From Podarcis cretensis (Eukaryota): a stretch of 64,000 nucleotides of DNA. This document shows, piece after piece, positions 24,731 to 37,815 of the stretch (position 1 is its first letter; each line of letters opens with the position of its first letter). The position numbers were made by a program, and so were the translations under genes. The notes below the pieces were generated by a model. The model was not told where the DNA came from, ran no database searches, and saw only the letters and a program-made list of their open reading frames with translations. Location: NCBI GenBank assembly GCA_951804945.1, contig OX638153.1, positions 47,926,001 through 47,990,000 on the forward strand, written 5' to 3'.

Positions 24731-27611
24731 CGGTCCTAGACACTACTATTCTCTTGTGGCCCAGCCGCTTTACATCTAATGGTGATAGGGCACAAAGTGC
24801 AACCTCTGATGCCAATCTTAGGGCTTAGAAGGAGGCAGCTCTTATAGTATCTTGGTCCCAGACTGTATGGGGCTTTTAGTGCAAGCATTTTGAATGTAAC
24901 CCAGAATCATAATCTCAGGATTACATGACCCATGTAACAGTACATAACCGCAAGGGACATCTTAATTGGCACATGGAAATGTGCCTTCCTCTTGTTCCTC
25001 TCTTGCCAGTATGATGCAGCAGCTGTTGCAGAGGAGTGTTGAGCTCTACATTATCCAGAGCTTTTTCTAGTTTGCACATTAGGGCTCTCAGATTCATCTC
25101 ATTTCACCAGGAGGACCTTTGCACCTGTTGCTATGAGCTGATGGCTCAGCAGAGGAGGTCATTAGCAGCAAACCATAAGTATATTGTCTTGTCAAACACA
25201 CAACCCAGTAACATGTTTCAAATAACCACCACAACCACTATATAGTACCCTATATAGTACAATCGAAGCAGGTATGTAACAGCATTTTCAAGAGCTTCTC
25301 CTATCTTCCTTTCTTCTGGTGAATGACTGAGCTTAAATTTGCACTGCATGGCTTGTAAAGTTCAAGCCACATATTTGCAAGTTGTAAGCATCCATGTTAC
25401 TATAAAAATATTTAAGCAGCTACCAATTTACACCCTAATCCTAAACACATTTGCTTGGGCAAAGACCTATTGATTTCAGCAGAATGACTTTGAAGGGAAC
25501 TGTTCCAATCTAGCAAAAAGAAAATTGCTGGATTAGGTCCATGCATCCCCTGCTGAATAAGGAATACCTTAAAATAAATGGATACTGTCTGGGAAGCCTG
25601 GAGCTATTCATGTGCACCCCAATTGGGCAAATGCACTGATTGTATGTTCAAAGCTTCACCCCAAGGCTCACATGCCCAAGATCAAGCCAGAAATCAATCC
25701 CCATAACTGTTAGACAGCATTTGCATTTCCTTGACTGTGCTGCCCTTTGATGAACTGCCCAGGTACCACAGCTACAGGTTTAGTCGGAACCTGAAAAGCC
25801 AGGCAAAAAAAAAAAATTTAATTTCTCGCAATGCTCCTAACATTGCATCACTCTAGAATTGTGGGGAAATTAAATGGCCCAGACTCAGGGACCACAGATG
25901 CTCAAGGAGATCCATCAGAAGGCATCTTGCTTGTGGAGGGCACTTCCAGTGGGGCAGCACAGGAAGGGATGTGTTACTAACCTGGATTCCCAGTGTTGGG
26001 CGCCACTGCTGGTTACTGAGAGGGCAAGGGGCAAGGTAACAGGGAGGTAACAGGGAGGTCAGCACAGTGCAGGCACAATGTCTGAGGCACCAGACTGGCC
26101 ACACTGTGGTGAGCTCCAGGCTGCCTCCCCCTCCCCCTCTCAGTAAGTGGCAGTTGTGTACAATGTTGGGAATCTGTGCAGCCCCACCTTTGCTGACCCA
26201 CCAGCCACTACTGTTAAGCCTTAAGAGGCACCATTGCTGGGTCTCAAAATTGTGCCTGCAGAACCCCAAAGCGAAGCTAGGAAGATACTCCTCAGTTGCA
26301 AGTACACCATAAACTACTGTTGTGTATGCACACATAACTGAATTAGGTTTTTTTTAAAAAAAGGACTGAGAAGTTACATCCCACACTAACAAATTGTGAA
26401 GGAGAGAAGCTTTTTTCTCTGAAATGTATAATCAGAGAATTTAACCAACAACATTTGCACTTAGTACCAATAGCTGGCAATCCATCTTTAAATTCCACAT
26501 GCAACCCCCAACTCCAAATGTTGCAGGAATTCACATACAGCTTTAGCCTATTTGTTGACATTTGAAACTCTGCATCAGTATTTCACACAAGTTTCCTTGA
26601 AAAAAATCCACAGGCTTTATAGAACATGTTTGATGGTCCACAGGAGAGAAATTGCCCATAGTTAGCAAGAGAAAGCGGCCACCTCAGAACAGACACAAAT
26701 GGAGACTGTTGTGTGCATTTAGTTGAAGATGGACACATTATTTGAAATATACATGCCCTTCAGAGAGACAGGAAACCATGAAAAAAGGAGAGTTTAAAAG
26801 GAAGGCTAGACAAGGCAAAAGAGAGAGTAAGGAGGTCATAACAAGGCTGGAAGGCAGAAAAATGGAAAGCTGGCTGGGTTGTCAAGATAAGTGAATTATA
26901 GTCAAGAGAGAAAGAAGTATCCTAGATATTTTCTTTAATCTCCAGGTCAGCCATCCAAGCCACATCAGATTGGCAGGAGCATTTGACAGCCACTTCAGAT
27001 CCTTTGTGAAATCACTCTAAGACCTAGAAGACAAATGGCTATGCAATCAAAGATGCCATCCTGTCACAACTGTCATTCGCTGCATCAATAGAAGTCCTAA
27101 AAGGCCAAACAGGAAACAGCAGATTGAAAATTCTGGCCATTTGAGCTCTTCCAGGCCATTATTGCAGGGCACATTATGGCAGCTCTGCTGTGAATTCTTC
27201 TGAGATGCTGTTCATACAAATACATTTCAATACTCTAAAAGGAAGAAATTCAGTTTCTGGATATCTGGCCAGAATGCCCAATGCTATTTTCTGTATTGCA
27301 ATTACAAAAACCAAAACCTCAAATGCATTGGTATATATTGTTAGGGATTTGAGGGGACCCTCCTAAAACCTAGAAATTAATAAATTTTGATTATTTGGGA
27401 TGTAAAGGAGAAAATACAAGCTGTAAAAAAAATCCAAAAGAATTCTCAAGGTGGCTCCCATTTCCTCCCCATTAGATCTGACCATCGATAATTGCTCAGT
27501 GTATACTGAACCAGATATGTAATCTATCTATCTATCTATCCACGCACAATACAGCCAGAAGTAAGCATCTTGGTGGTACCCATTATTTCAATGGGAGATA
27601 GTTAAGCATGA

Positions 27612-27795
27612 GGGATGGGCAAGTAGCTCTATAGCACAGTTTCTGCTTTGCATGCAGAAGATCCCAGGTCCAATCCCTGGAAAGGCTACGGGAGACCCCT
27701 GGCTGAAACCTTGGGGAGCCACTGCCAGTCAGAGTAGACAATGCTGAGCTAGATGGATCAATGGTCAGACCCAGTATATGGCAGCTTGCTATGCG
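27612..27795 (+). mobile_element. tRNA-Ala-derived SINE (Squam2-like)
   Basis: CTGCTTTGCATGCAGAAGATCCCAGGTCCAATCCCTGG head; TGCCAGTCAGAGTAGACAATGCTGAGCTAGATGGA..GGCAGCTTGCTATG tail. Confidence 0.75.
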
Positions 27796-28977
27796 TTTCA
27801 CTCTCCTATTGAAATGCAGTTCTGTGTTTCTGTAATTTTTATTTGCTGCTTCTTTGCTTAGGACAGCCACCTTGAGCATAACGAGAAAGGCAGGATTTGT
27901 ACTCAGATTAATAAATAAACAGAGAGCCCTATGCCCACAATATTTTTGTTTCTTTGTTTCTGTTGTTGTCCCTGTTGGCATATCTCATTCACATATGTGC
28001 AGGAGGAAATGAATGTTGGAAAGGATTTTGGTAAATGTGAACAGGTTTGAAATGAATTTCAGGATTTCATATGCGGATCTCATTATGGGTATTTTAAAAA
28101 GTTGCATGAAATATTGATTCAGCATGGTTATTATTTTATTTGAAAAACACACCACTGGCATTAAAAAACAACAACCCTGCTATACTCCTTTAAAGCAACC
28201 TCCTGTGAAATCCCATAGTTACACATTCTGCACAAAATAAATGTAGCATTTTATTAGGACAGACCCCCCAGGAACCCAGGGTGTGTGTGAAGCATTATTC
28301 CACTCTGGTGTCAGGAACAAAGCTGGCAAGGAATGTACTACTTATTTCTGAATAATAGATAGTATTGCTTTTTCAGTTTATCATTTACTCCTCCTTATTT
28401 TCGTTGTGAAGTTTTCAAGTCCTGGGAGTGGGCAAAACCTGCTCTTTGTGTTTCCAGCCAGGAGAAATAGTTTGAAAGATCCAGTAGTGTATTTGTTTCA
28501 GATTTTTGCTAGTGCAGTTAAAGCATTTCCTTCCAGCCTTTGTTTGTTTAGTCGTATTCTTTTCTCCAAAATCATCTTTCTTGCTCTTAAGGTAACAATA
28601 TGACCAACATTTCAGGGACTTTCTTCTTTTATGTCTGTGAAAGTAGAATGAATTACACTAATTAGTATAATTAGTGCAATTCCTTGATGGAGGTGGAATT
28701 AATTGCATTCATTTATTTTGGATCAGTTCAATGAATTGCAAAACTAGCACTAGTTTTTCAGTCAAGGCAGTGGGGGAAGGGTTAAAATGACTTTCTCCAG
28801 AAATGTATCTCTATTAATGCTGAAAGACAAACAGTAGGAAAAATACTGGTGATAGAAGTTCTTCCTCTACAATCCTAGGCATGCCAGTGAAAGGGCTTTT
28901 TATTGCAAGTCTACTTAGAAATAGGTATCACTGAGTTCAGTGGGAGGTGCAATCCTATACACATTTACCTGGAAGTA

Positions 28978-29181
28978 AACTTATATGCAGAATTGATCAT
29001 GCAAAAGGCTGGGCTGGATGAGCCCCAAGCCGGAATTAACATTGCCGGAAGAAATATCAACAATCTCAGATATGAAGATGACACAACCTTGATGGCAGAA
29101 AGTGGTGAGGAATTAAAGAACCTTTTAATGAAGGTGAAAGAGGAGAGCGCAAAATATGGTCTGAAGCTCAACATCAAAAAA
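28978..29181 (+). mobile_element. Bov-B (RTE) LINE internal RT fragment
   Basis: NLYAELIMQKAGLDEPQAGINIAGRNINNLRYEDDTTLMAESGEELKNLLMKVKEESAKYGLKLNIKK; YADD has become YEDD. Confidence 0.92.
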
Positions 29182-29258
29182 CACATCTCCAATAAACCCC
29201 AACAAAAGTGCAGCAACCCTCCCAAATAACACCTGAGGAGCACTTAGAAGCCCTAACT

Positions 29259-29395
29259 CAAGGATGAGAACCTGTGGCCCTCCAGATGTTGGTGGACTCA
29301 ACTCCCATAATCAACTGATCATTGACTATGTTGACTGGAGTGGAAGGAAGCTGGAGTCCAGCAACATCAGATGGGCCACAGGTTCTCCATTCCTG
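29259..29395. mobile_element. Palindromic hAT-like MITE
   Basis: CAAGGATGAGAACCTGTGGCCCTCCAGATGTTG...CAACATCAGATGGGCCACAGGTTCTCCATTCCTG long inverted ends. Confidence 0.75.
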
Positions 29396-29459
29396 TCCTA
29401 TGAGGTCTTGACCAACTCCTGAGATAACTGCTATAAGTAATTGACAACTGAGATGGCGA

Positions 29460-30771
29460 AACATTGGAGTCCAATAATGCCACCAAGTATTATGCACAGA
29501 CACAGATGCTGTTCCTATTTGCTATTGGTATGGGAAATCAGAAATCCTTTCACTATGTGGCTGGGCAAGGAAAATGGAGTGTTTGTATATGGAGAAGGCG
29601 CACTGGATCTTTACAAGGTTGCCTCTAGGGCACAATTATTACTTGGATTACTTTGAAATAGGACCAATCTACCACAGCGTGGCTGTGGAATTGATTCTCT
29701 CTCGGTCTCAGGAAGGAGTTTCTCCAATAGTGAGAATTAAGTTGGTTCTACAGCAACTTCGCTTCACTCTGGCCTGTCAATTGATTTCTTCGTTTTAGAG
29801 TCCCCAAAGCATTTTCAGACCATCTTCGTTCGCATGCTTGCTCCAAATAAGCTCCATTCCTATGCTGTTCTAGTAATGGTAAAACTCAGAGGTGCCTTCT
29901 AAGATGAGAGATGTGATCTGAGGCTTTACCGAGCCCTTGATTAGTTGTCCCTGACTTTTCATTTCTACTACTACTGTTATCATTAATTCAAGGGTCATTC
30001 CTGGTCTATCCCCCTCGGAATCTGCTCTGCTTGTGGGAAGTTGGCCTCTGCTTTTCTCAAGAAACATTCAACGTTTACTCATTAGCCTGGTTTGGTGTGA
30101 TTTTTCTCCATATAGTCCAACCCAACACAGCAAGCAGCTTGTATCCTTGCCAAGGGTTTTAATGGGGACTCTATCACCCCCAGGACTTTTAAAACTAGTG
30201 CAACTTGAACTTCAGCTTCCCTCTCTACTTCTTTCATGAATTATTTCCCCTCTTAGCATAGTCTCAACGTTTTCAAATTCACCTTTTCTTTAATAGTGCC
30301 CTGGATGTTTCTTGACATCTTGGAGACATCTTTTACCACAATCTTGTTCTACGGTTTTAGCTTCAGGGTTTGATTTGATCACAACCCCTCTCTGACAAGA
30401 AGGATGCATTTGTGGATTAATATTTATAAAGAGAAGGTCACATTTCCATGAGCTAGGTTGCTCTCTAAATAATACAGTCGTGCTTTTTTACATCAACAAG
30501 GAGTTGGTGAACTTGAAATATGTCCTCGTATTCCCCATCCATTCTAATCCATTTTAATTCACAAAAGCCCAGCCAGAGGCCCCTAACAAGGATGATAATG
30601 CATTTAACCTCTGAAATAAATCTAACGTACCAAAGTTAGGCAAAGAGATTGAAAAGAGCCATAGATATCAATCTTTATCAACTGAGGTTTTGAAGGAATA
30701 GCAAGCTGGGGGGAGAGGCCCTTCGCATCTGGGATGAGCATCCTGTGGCCACATGGGTTATATGTGTCCCT
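29460..30771 (+). pseudogene. Possible highly decayed DIRS-type RT/RNase H remnant
   Basis: Collinear, frameshifted fragments resembling DIRS motifs: HRHR/LFAIG..FHY, AHWIFTRL, YLDY, RNIQRLL, ALDVS, NNTVVLFYINKE, EALRIW; many stops. Confidence 0.3.
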
Positions 30772-30782
30772 AAGACTAATTT

Positions 30783-31137
30783 GGTGCTGGAGGAGACACT
30801 CGAGAGTCCTATGGACTGCAAGAAGATCAAACCTCTCCATTCTTAAGGAAATCAGCCCTGAGTGCTCACTGGAAGGACAGATCGTGAAGCTGAGGCTCCA
30901 ATACTTTGGCCACCTCATGAGAAGAGAAGACTCCCTAGAAAAGACCCTGATGTTGGGAAAGATGGAGGGCACAAGGAGAAGGGGACGACAGAGGACGAGA
31001 TGGTTGGATAGTGTTCTCGAAGCTACCAGCAGGAGTTTGACCAAACTGCGGGAGGCAGTGGAAGTCAGAAGTGCCTGGCGTGCTCTTGTCCATGGGGTCA
31101 CGAAGAGTCGGACACGACTAAATGACTAAACAACAAC
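30783..31137 (+). mobile_element. Bov-B LINE, 5'-truncated 3' end
   Basis: WCWRR..WTARRSNLSILKEISPECSLEGQIVKLRLQYFGHLMRR..HGVTKSRTRLND; (CAA)n tail; 11-bp TSD AAGACTAATTT (30772-82, 31138-48). Confidence 0.95.
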
Positions 31138-31177
31138 AAGACTAATTTAATGCAGCCCATATAGATATGGTAGAAGA

Positions 31178-31211
31178 GAGGGAGGGAGGGAGGGAGGGAG
31201 GGAGGGAGGGA
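31178..31211. repeat. (GGGA)n microsatellite, G-quadruplex-prone
   Basis: Direct reading. Confidence 0.85.
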
Positions 31212-33182
31212 ATGGCGCTTGAAATGAAAAAGGTTTGCCACCTTTGCTATGGATTTTTATATTTATGTTTCTTTTCTGAAGCGCAGTAAAATGCAGCACA
31301 AACATTAAAAATGAACTAAAGAGGGAGGTATAATCCATGGAAAATATATACATAGATATCTTAGAGTCTGTTAATATTCCAACAGTTGAATATTCATGCT
31401 GTATTTAATGAAAAAATGAACAGTTGCTGGAATTTACAACAACCTTTACAATAGTACTGATTGTAGTACTGATTCTTCACATTGTTCCAAAGCTTACATA
31501 ACACTGCCCCACCACAAAATGCTGGTTTGACAAGCAGAAGCACCAGTGTGCTCTTCCTTTTCCCCCATCATCACATAAAGGTATCTACTCCTCCCTTTCA
31601 GTTTTGAAAATATCTGTGGGTATATTTACATCTGTGCCAATCTTATTTTATTATACTATTGTGAACCAAAGTGAATGCCAAACCACAGTTTGCTATCATG
31701 GTCAGAAGCAGGTTGGCAGACTGTGCTAACTATGGTTAGCAAAAATATCAGAACAGGTATAACAATAACTATAGCTCTTTCCTACTCTGAAAGAGAAGGA
31801 CAGTGCCTATAATGAGAGATGAAGAGGGAGTGAGGAAGGAGTGTGTGAGCCCTTCTAGTCACCAACCCATGGTTGGCAATATGGAAACATTGCATCTGTA
31901 CTAGGCTATTGTTTACTGCACATCCTGTTCACTTTTCCTCTAAAAGAATCCACAATATAAACATGATTCAAGTAATAACCTTCCTATATTCGTGTGCTGG
32001 CTATACCCAAATCTGATATGAACGGTGTGTTCTCCAAGCCTCTGAGGTCAGTGGCTGGGCCCTAAAATGCTCTGTTGATTGGTCAAGGATAGAAGGTTTG
32101 GCTCACAGAATGCATACTAGGCCTGGACAACAGCGGCTTCCTATTACCTTCCAGTGGTAAGAGCCAATATTACATAGTCCACTTCTGTTCTCCATCTGAA
32201 AATCTTATTGGGCCTTAATAGCTTGCCAGGCTTAGGTGCCAACCTCAGGTTTCTGATTTAAGTTCTGGGCTTCCTAACAGATGAGGCAACTTCAGAGAAC
32301 CATTTTTCAATATTAATATTCTGAGAGGAAAACCCACCTCATTTGATATTCTCTTACTCCACACACTGTCCTATAAATTAGCCCACATTGTGCTGTACTT
32401 CATATTTCAGCTCCTACAAAGATAAAAAATGCTGATACACAGTTGTTTTATGTTATATGTTAAAGTAACTCAAGGAATATCAAGGAATTCCAGATCTGTG
32501 ATATCTATGTCAATTTTTCAGTGCCAGTTTTGGATGATTTCAAATTAATGCCACTCAAAAATTTATGATTTTTGACCATCTTCAACCAATAACAAATCTG
32601 AAATCCAGCTTTCTGTCTTGTAATGTAATGTTTCCCCCCAGTGCCAGATTCAGTAAGTAGATTTTCTGAGAGCAGACCTAATCAGGGACAAAATTGCTGA
32701 AGAATTAGCTCCTCTCAAGAAGCTGACACCAGATGTGATCAATGGCATTGTTTAAGAAAGTTCATAAATGTATCATTTTTCCCAGCTGGCACATCACTCA
32801 GAAGCACATTAGCCGAAACTGAACAGATTAAATTATTAATAGTTTTATAAGATGGGCAGACTCGCCACAGTATGAAGTCTCCAGAAAATGTTGGATCTTT
32901 GATCTTCAGAGACCAATCTATCATAATGAACTGGGGAGCCTTCCCACACATGCTAAAATATGTGATCTACTGCCTTTGTTCTTATTGTTTTAAATTATGG
33001 GGGTGCTGTGGATGCTACTGAAGCATTACTCCAGCTGCAGAAGTTGGTTTCTAGAGAAAGGGAAGGGAAAAGGATACAGTCTTACACCAAGCCAAGGTAT
33101 GGGAACTTTCAGAATTCTGTTAAATGCAGTAAGTCTGCAGTTGTTACACAGAATTGGCTGGATTTGCTATGCTTTATCCTGA

Positions 33183-33540
33183 GGACGCAGGTGGCGCTGT
33201 GGGTTAAAGCCTCAGCGCCTAGGGCTTGCCGATCGAAAGGTCGGCGGTTCGAATCCCCGCGGCGGGGTGCGCTCCCGCTGCTCGGTCCCAGCGCCTGCCA
33301 ACCTAGCAGTTCGAAAACAACCCCGGGTGCAAGTAGATAAATAGGGACCGCTTACCAGCGGGAAGGTAAACGGCGTTTCCGTGTGCGGCTCTGGCTCGCC
33401 AGAGCAGCGATGTCACGCTGGCCACGTGACCCGGAAGTGTCTCCGGACAGCGCTGGCCCCTGGCCTCTTAAGTGAGATGGGCGCACAACCCCAGAGTCTG
33501 TCAAGACTGGCCCGTACGGGCAGGGGTACCTTTACCTTTT
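33183..33540 (+). mobile_element. Sauria SINE (Squam1), young
   Basis: GGACGCAGGTGGCGCTGTGG A box, GGTTCGAATCC B box, CpG-rich body, (ACCTTT)n tail, TSD TTTATCCTGA(GGA) at 33173 and 33541. Confidence 0.93.
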
Positions 33541-34807
33541 TTTATCCTGAGGAAAACCAGCTAACATATCCACTGCTGATGTCACTGCTGTGTTTGATAG
33601 GCTGACCATCTGAAAAGTGCTAAACAATGTCTGGGCCAATTGACTTGGAGCTAAGAGCAACCAGAAGCAGGCAGTGGGATGCGGTGGAAAAGAGAAGATT
33701 TTGGAGAGCGGAGAAGTGGGCTGAAATTGCTGCTTTCAGATTCAGTTACTGCAGGACCTTGGAGAGCTCCCAGGGACACCCAGAGCTGATTCAAGAAAGT
33801 CCAATGCTAAGCTGACCCTTCAAAAACCCTAGTAGGGTCAGATGATGGCTAGGGTCCCAGATGGTGTGTCTGTAATAGAATGTGCATTTGGATACACAAC
33901 CGTTTCTGCCTTGTAGTTTAAATGACCCTATGGCAGAGCTGGGCTCAGGGTACAGGTGCATGGGGTCTGACAGTGCATGTTTGGGGGGGGGGACTTTTTA
34001 GGCTCCAGGCTAAAAAGAGGTTTTATGTAAAACCAAGGCATTCATTATTAAGCAGATTATAAATCCTCATTAATGAAATTTTAAATTGACAGGTCATTTG
34101 CTTCCCTTTTGTCTCCCAACTCCAGTGGGTGAGAGCTTGTGATCTGCTCTCTGACTCATCTGAATTCAGTGACAGGATGAGGGCAGTCCCTGCCAGTCTT
34201 GGGGGAAGTGAGAGCTTGACTTCCCTAAATGCTCTCATCTTCAGGAACTCTTGTCTCTTATCCCGTTTTTGTATATGCTTCATGCACATATGGGCAACAT
34301 ATTTTATTGGTAGCAGTTTTCGAAAAATCAAAAGCAGCCTGGACAGGCTAGGAGACTGAGAAGAAAAATGTTGAGAGGGGCTAAATAATCATTCCATCAC
34401 CTCCCAAGTCCTTTTGAGCTTGAGAGTTTCCTCCCCCAGCTGTTTGTTTGTTTTTTTAGTCTAGAATGTCCCCGTAGGGAACTATATTTTTTTCCACTGC
34501 TGGTGAAAAAGCAACCAGGGGAGCATTTCTGGACTGAAATAATGACCAAAGGGTGAAAAGATTTACCCACCGCCCTTCTTCCTCTCAAACCTGCAGCTCT
34601 CCCTGGACAGCTGCGAAGAGGAATTATAGAACACCATATAGCACAATGTTTAAACCTCAGATTAATACACCTCTTGAACTTTATTTAAAATGATGTCCAC
34701 AGACATGTACAGGAGTTTGTGCTGAATTTTATCTGCAAGAATGACACAAGAGTTTGGAAAGGACAGCTAGAACCATCTAAAATGTTTTTTAAAAAACAAT
34801 ATGGATT

Positions 34808-35031
34808 AGGCTACAATCCTATGCAAACTTACCCAGAAGTAAATCCCATTGAACTCAGTTGAATTTACTTCTGATTAGACATTTATACAATTGGTTAAGC
34901 TAACAGCACACTAGAAGCCACTATGAGTAATGGTTGCTGTGCAGCACAATCCTCTGTATGTTTACTCAGAAGTAAATCCCACTGTGGTCAATGGAGCTTC
35001 CTTCCTAGTAAATGCATTTAGGATTGCATCC
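34808..35031. repeat. Two adjacent copies of a short palindromic squamate repeat (CAATCCT..AGAAGTAA.TCCCA.TG..CAATGG..AGGATTG)
   Basis: Copies at ~34808-34895 and ~34940-35031; similar pieces at ~28900-28977 and ~48963-49053. Confidence 0.55.
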
Positions 35032-36892
35032 AAAGAGTGCTAGTCTGGACTCAGCATGTCTGTTCCAAAACTGCTTCTCCATTCCTTACTCCAAAATAAA
35101 CAACAGGATTACACAATAGGTGAAATACAGATAGCTTTGTTTGGTTTTGCTGTTCTTTTAGAGCCAATTATTTTCTCTGCTTTCATTCGCTTTATAACAA
35201 TGTGCTTGCATGTCTTTATTATCAAACCGTCCAGGCAGTTACTGCTTTGAGGATAAGAGTATTAATCTTCTCTTGTTCTCAACGATCTGTCGGATACAAT
35301 TCTCTAGTGAAAATTCAGTGTAATTTAATTCCTGTTTCAGGGGGCCACAGTGAAATGCAAGAAGTGCCCTTCATTAGCCTCACTTTTAATTGTTTTTCTA
35401 TCTCTGCGGGATTTAAAAATAGAGAGAGAGAGAAGAAAATCAGACAACAACAGCTTTTAACACTGCAATTTGAGGACTGATCAGATTCTCATGATCCTGG
35501 CACATGCTCAAAAGTTTAGAGCAAAGCAAAACAGCTGTACTTAAACACAGTGCATCTCTTGTCATCTGCCTGAAATGCATTGTCAGAAGGAGTGGAGTAA
35601 TGGTGAAGATATCTAGCAAGGTAGCACAAATCACATGGGGTTCACTGTCTATGTATTATCCTGCTGTGCTTGAGACATGATAGCTCAGGCAGATTCAAGC
35701 AATCCTATACAAAGGTTTAACTTCATTGCAATCCTCACCGAGACAACTGCCACATCAGCCTTTCCCACAATCCTTCTCCCTGCATGGCACAGCTGTGTTG
35801 TATGGAAGAATTGAATGGAGCTTTCCTGGTCTGGCACCAGCAATGGACCACCCAATGCTGCCCTCCTTAGCAGGGAATTAGAAGCTATGGCACCACTTTT
35901 CTATATTGTTAAGAGAAATGAAAAGTATTTTTTAGTTTTATGGGTTGGTGGGCATAAGCTGTGTGCTGAGACCCTTCTAATTCCTGGATCCAGCAAGTGT
36001 TAACATCTAAGTAAGGTTCAAATTCCTGGAATAGCCAGGCTAGCTTCCTGAAGAGGTAATGGCCCTCTTAGTATGGGCCTTTAAGGTAACAAAGAAAGTT
36101 CTGTGCCAGATGCCAAATGTCTGGGGGGCCCTCCCTCAACTCACTGGTAGTTGGACAAAGGCAGAGTGGAAAGTTGAGTTATGTGATCTAGAAGCTAGAA
36201 ACTGGCAGGATGAAGATTGGGCAGCTGGGAGACAGAGTCTTGCCTGATTTCTGTTGGAATCCAAGGCTGTGGCTATGGGGGAAGCAAGACCTTCCTTGGG
36301 TGTTATTGCTGTGAGCTCCTCCATAACAGGATCAGCTTGTATAATGTCTAATTTATGCTTTTGCTATTTCTATCATCCAGTTAGGAACAACATAAATGGA
36401 AATGCATTTTTTACTTTCAATAAAGGAAAGGAATGAAACATATAGCAAAAAAAGCACTATGAGACTGGTTTCAAATCATATTAAACAAAGGAAAAAACTG
36501 ATGCCCTTTCCAAACTTTGGTGCCAAGAAGGTAACTCAAAGGAACTATTTCACCGATACAGGAGGTGAACCAGCAGAGAAAAGAAATAGGCATTTGTCTA
36601 TTGCGTGTGAAAGTAGATAATGCACTGTACCATGTAACCTGTTGCCTTTGTGTATTCACCAATAGATGTCACCTGTAACAATTCTTCTCATTCATTAGCG
36701 CTAACTAAGATAAATATTAGCTGCATCTTGTCAGAAACAAATTGGATTTGGTGCCTTTTCAGACACCCTATGAAGTCCAAGCTGTGTGAGAAAATTGAGC
36801 ATGATTGAATTATTCCCATCTTAATACTTTGGGGTGCCAAGAGGTACAAAAATTAGAATAAATGGGAGGCTGCATGTCGAGCAAGTAGCCAC

Positions 36893-36950
36893 GTGTGTGT
36901 GTGTGTGAGAAAGAGAGAGAGAGGGAGGGAGGGAGAGAGAGAGAGAGAGA
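36893..36950. repeat. Compound (GT)n(GA)n/(GGGA)n microsatellite
   Basis: Direct reading. Confidence 0.85.
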
Positions 36951-37035
36951 GGTGTCAGTAACTGTCAGAACAACTGAAGGAACATGGTAAGTAGATCGCA
37001 GTCTCTTGGAAGTTGGCCACCCCTGATATAAGGTG

Positions 37036-37277
37036 CAGTAGTACCTCGGGTTAAGTACTTAATTCGTTCCGGAGGTCCATTCTTAACCTGAAACTGTTCT
37101 TAACCTGAAGCACCACTTTAGCTAATGGGGCCTCCTCCTGCTGCCGAACCGCTGGAGCACAATTTCTGTTCTCATCCTGAAGCAAAGTTCTTAACCCGAG
37201 GTAATATTTCTGGGTTAGCGGAGTCTGTAACCTGAAGCGTATCTAACCTGAAGCATATGTAACCTGAGGTACCAGTG
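37036..37277 (-). mobile_element. Tc1/mariner MITE, copy 4, 242 bp
   Basis: TIRs with a few substitutions (CAGTAGTACCTCGGG / CCTGAGGTACCAGTG); flanks TG and TA. Confidence 0.88.
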
Positions 37278-37496
37278 TATTCATTTCTGCACCATTCACT
37301 TTAGTCAAGGGAGAGCTGCAAGGACAAAAAGCACAGTCAGGGCTATCCCTTTCCATCAGTAGGAATGGGCCTTCTCCCTTTGAGGAGAAGAAGAACTTCA
37401 TCAAGGTGAGAGAATTAACTACTCGGGACCCCTGAGCATAAAGTCTCAACCCACCAAAGGGGTAGGGCATAAGCAGGAATTGGCCAATGCCTTAAC

Positions 37497-37815
37497 TGTT
37501 GATGGGGAACCCTTTCTCAGCCCAGTTCCCTATTGAAGCCCACATGCCAGAGCAAGACAGTGGGAACAGTGGGCAGAGGAACAGATGCAATTTTTACCTT
37601 CGTATAGTAGGCTAGTTTCTACAGATACTCACACATATGTCTCTATTCTCCATCCCAGCAAGCAAAAGGCATTATCAGAGTTCAAGGACTCGTTCTGGTC
37701 AGGCCAAAATATTCAAGGAAGGTGCAAAGCAGCAGTGGCAAAGGGAGAATCCTGAGGGTCAGACTGAATGGCTCAGGGCAGCTTTGGCTCCTGGTCCTGA
37801 GGTTTCCCAGCTCTA
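37497..37815. mobile_element. Degraded non-autonomous hAT-like element
   Basis: GATGGGGAACC...GGTTTCCCAGC imperfect inverted ends; boundaries approximate. Confidence 0.4.

Noticed and set aside
29540-29660. Mononegavirus L methyltransferase remnant (VYGEGA)
   Set aside because: Only a 4-5 residue resemblance; the surrounding fragments fit DIRS RT better, though a search is still needed.
34023-34359. Overlapping sense/antisense ORFs with a minus-strand acceptor
   Set aside because: No recognisable protein and no convincing donor.
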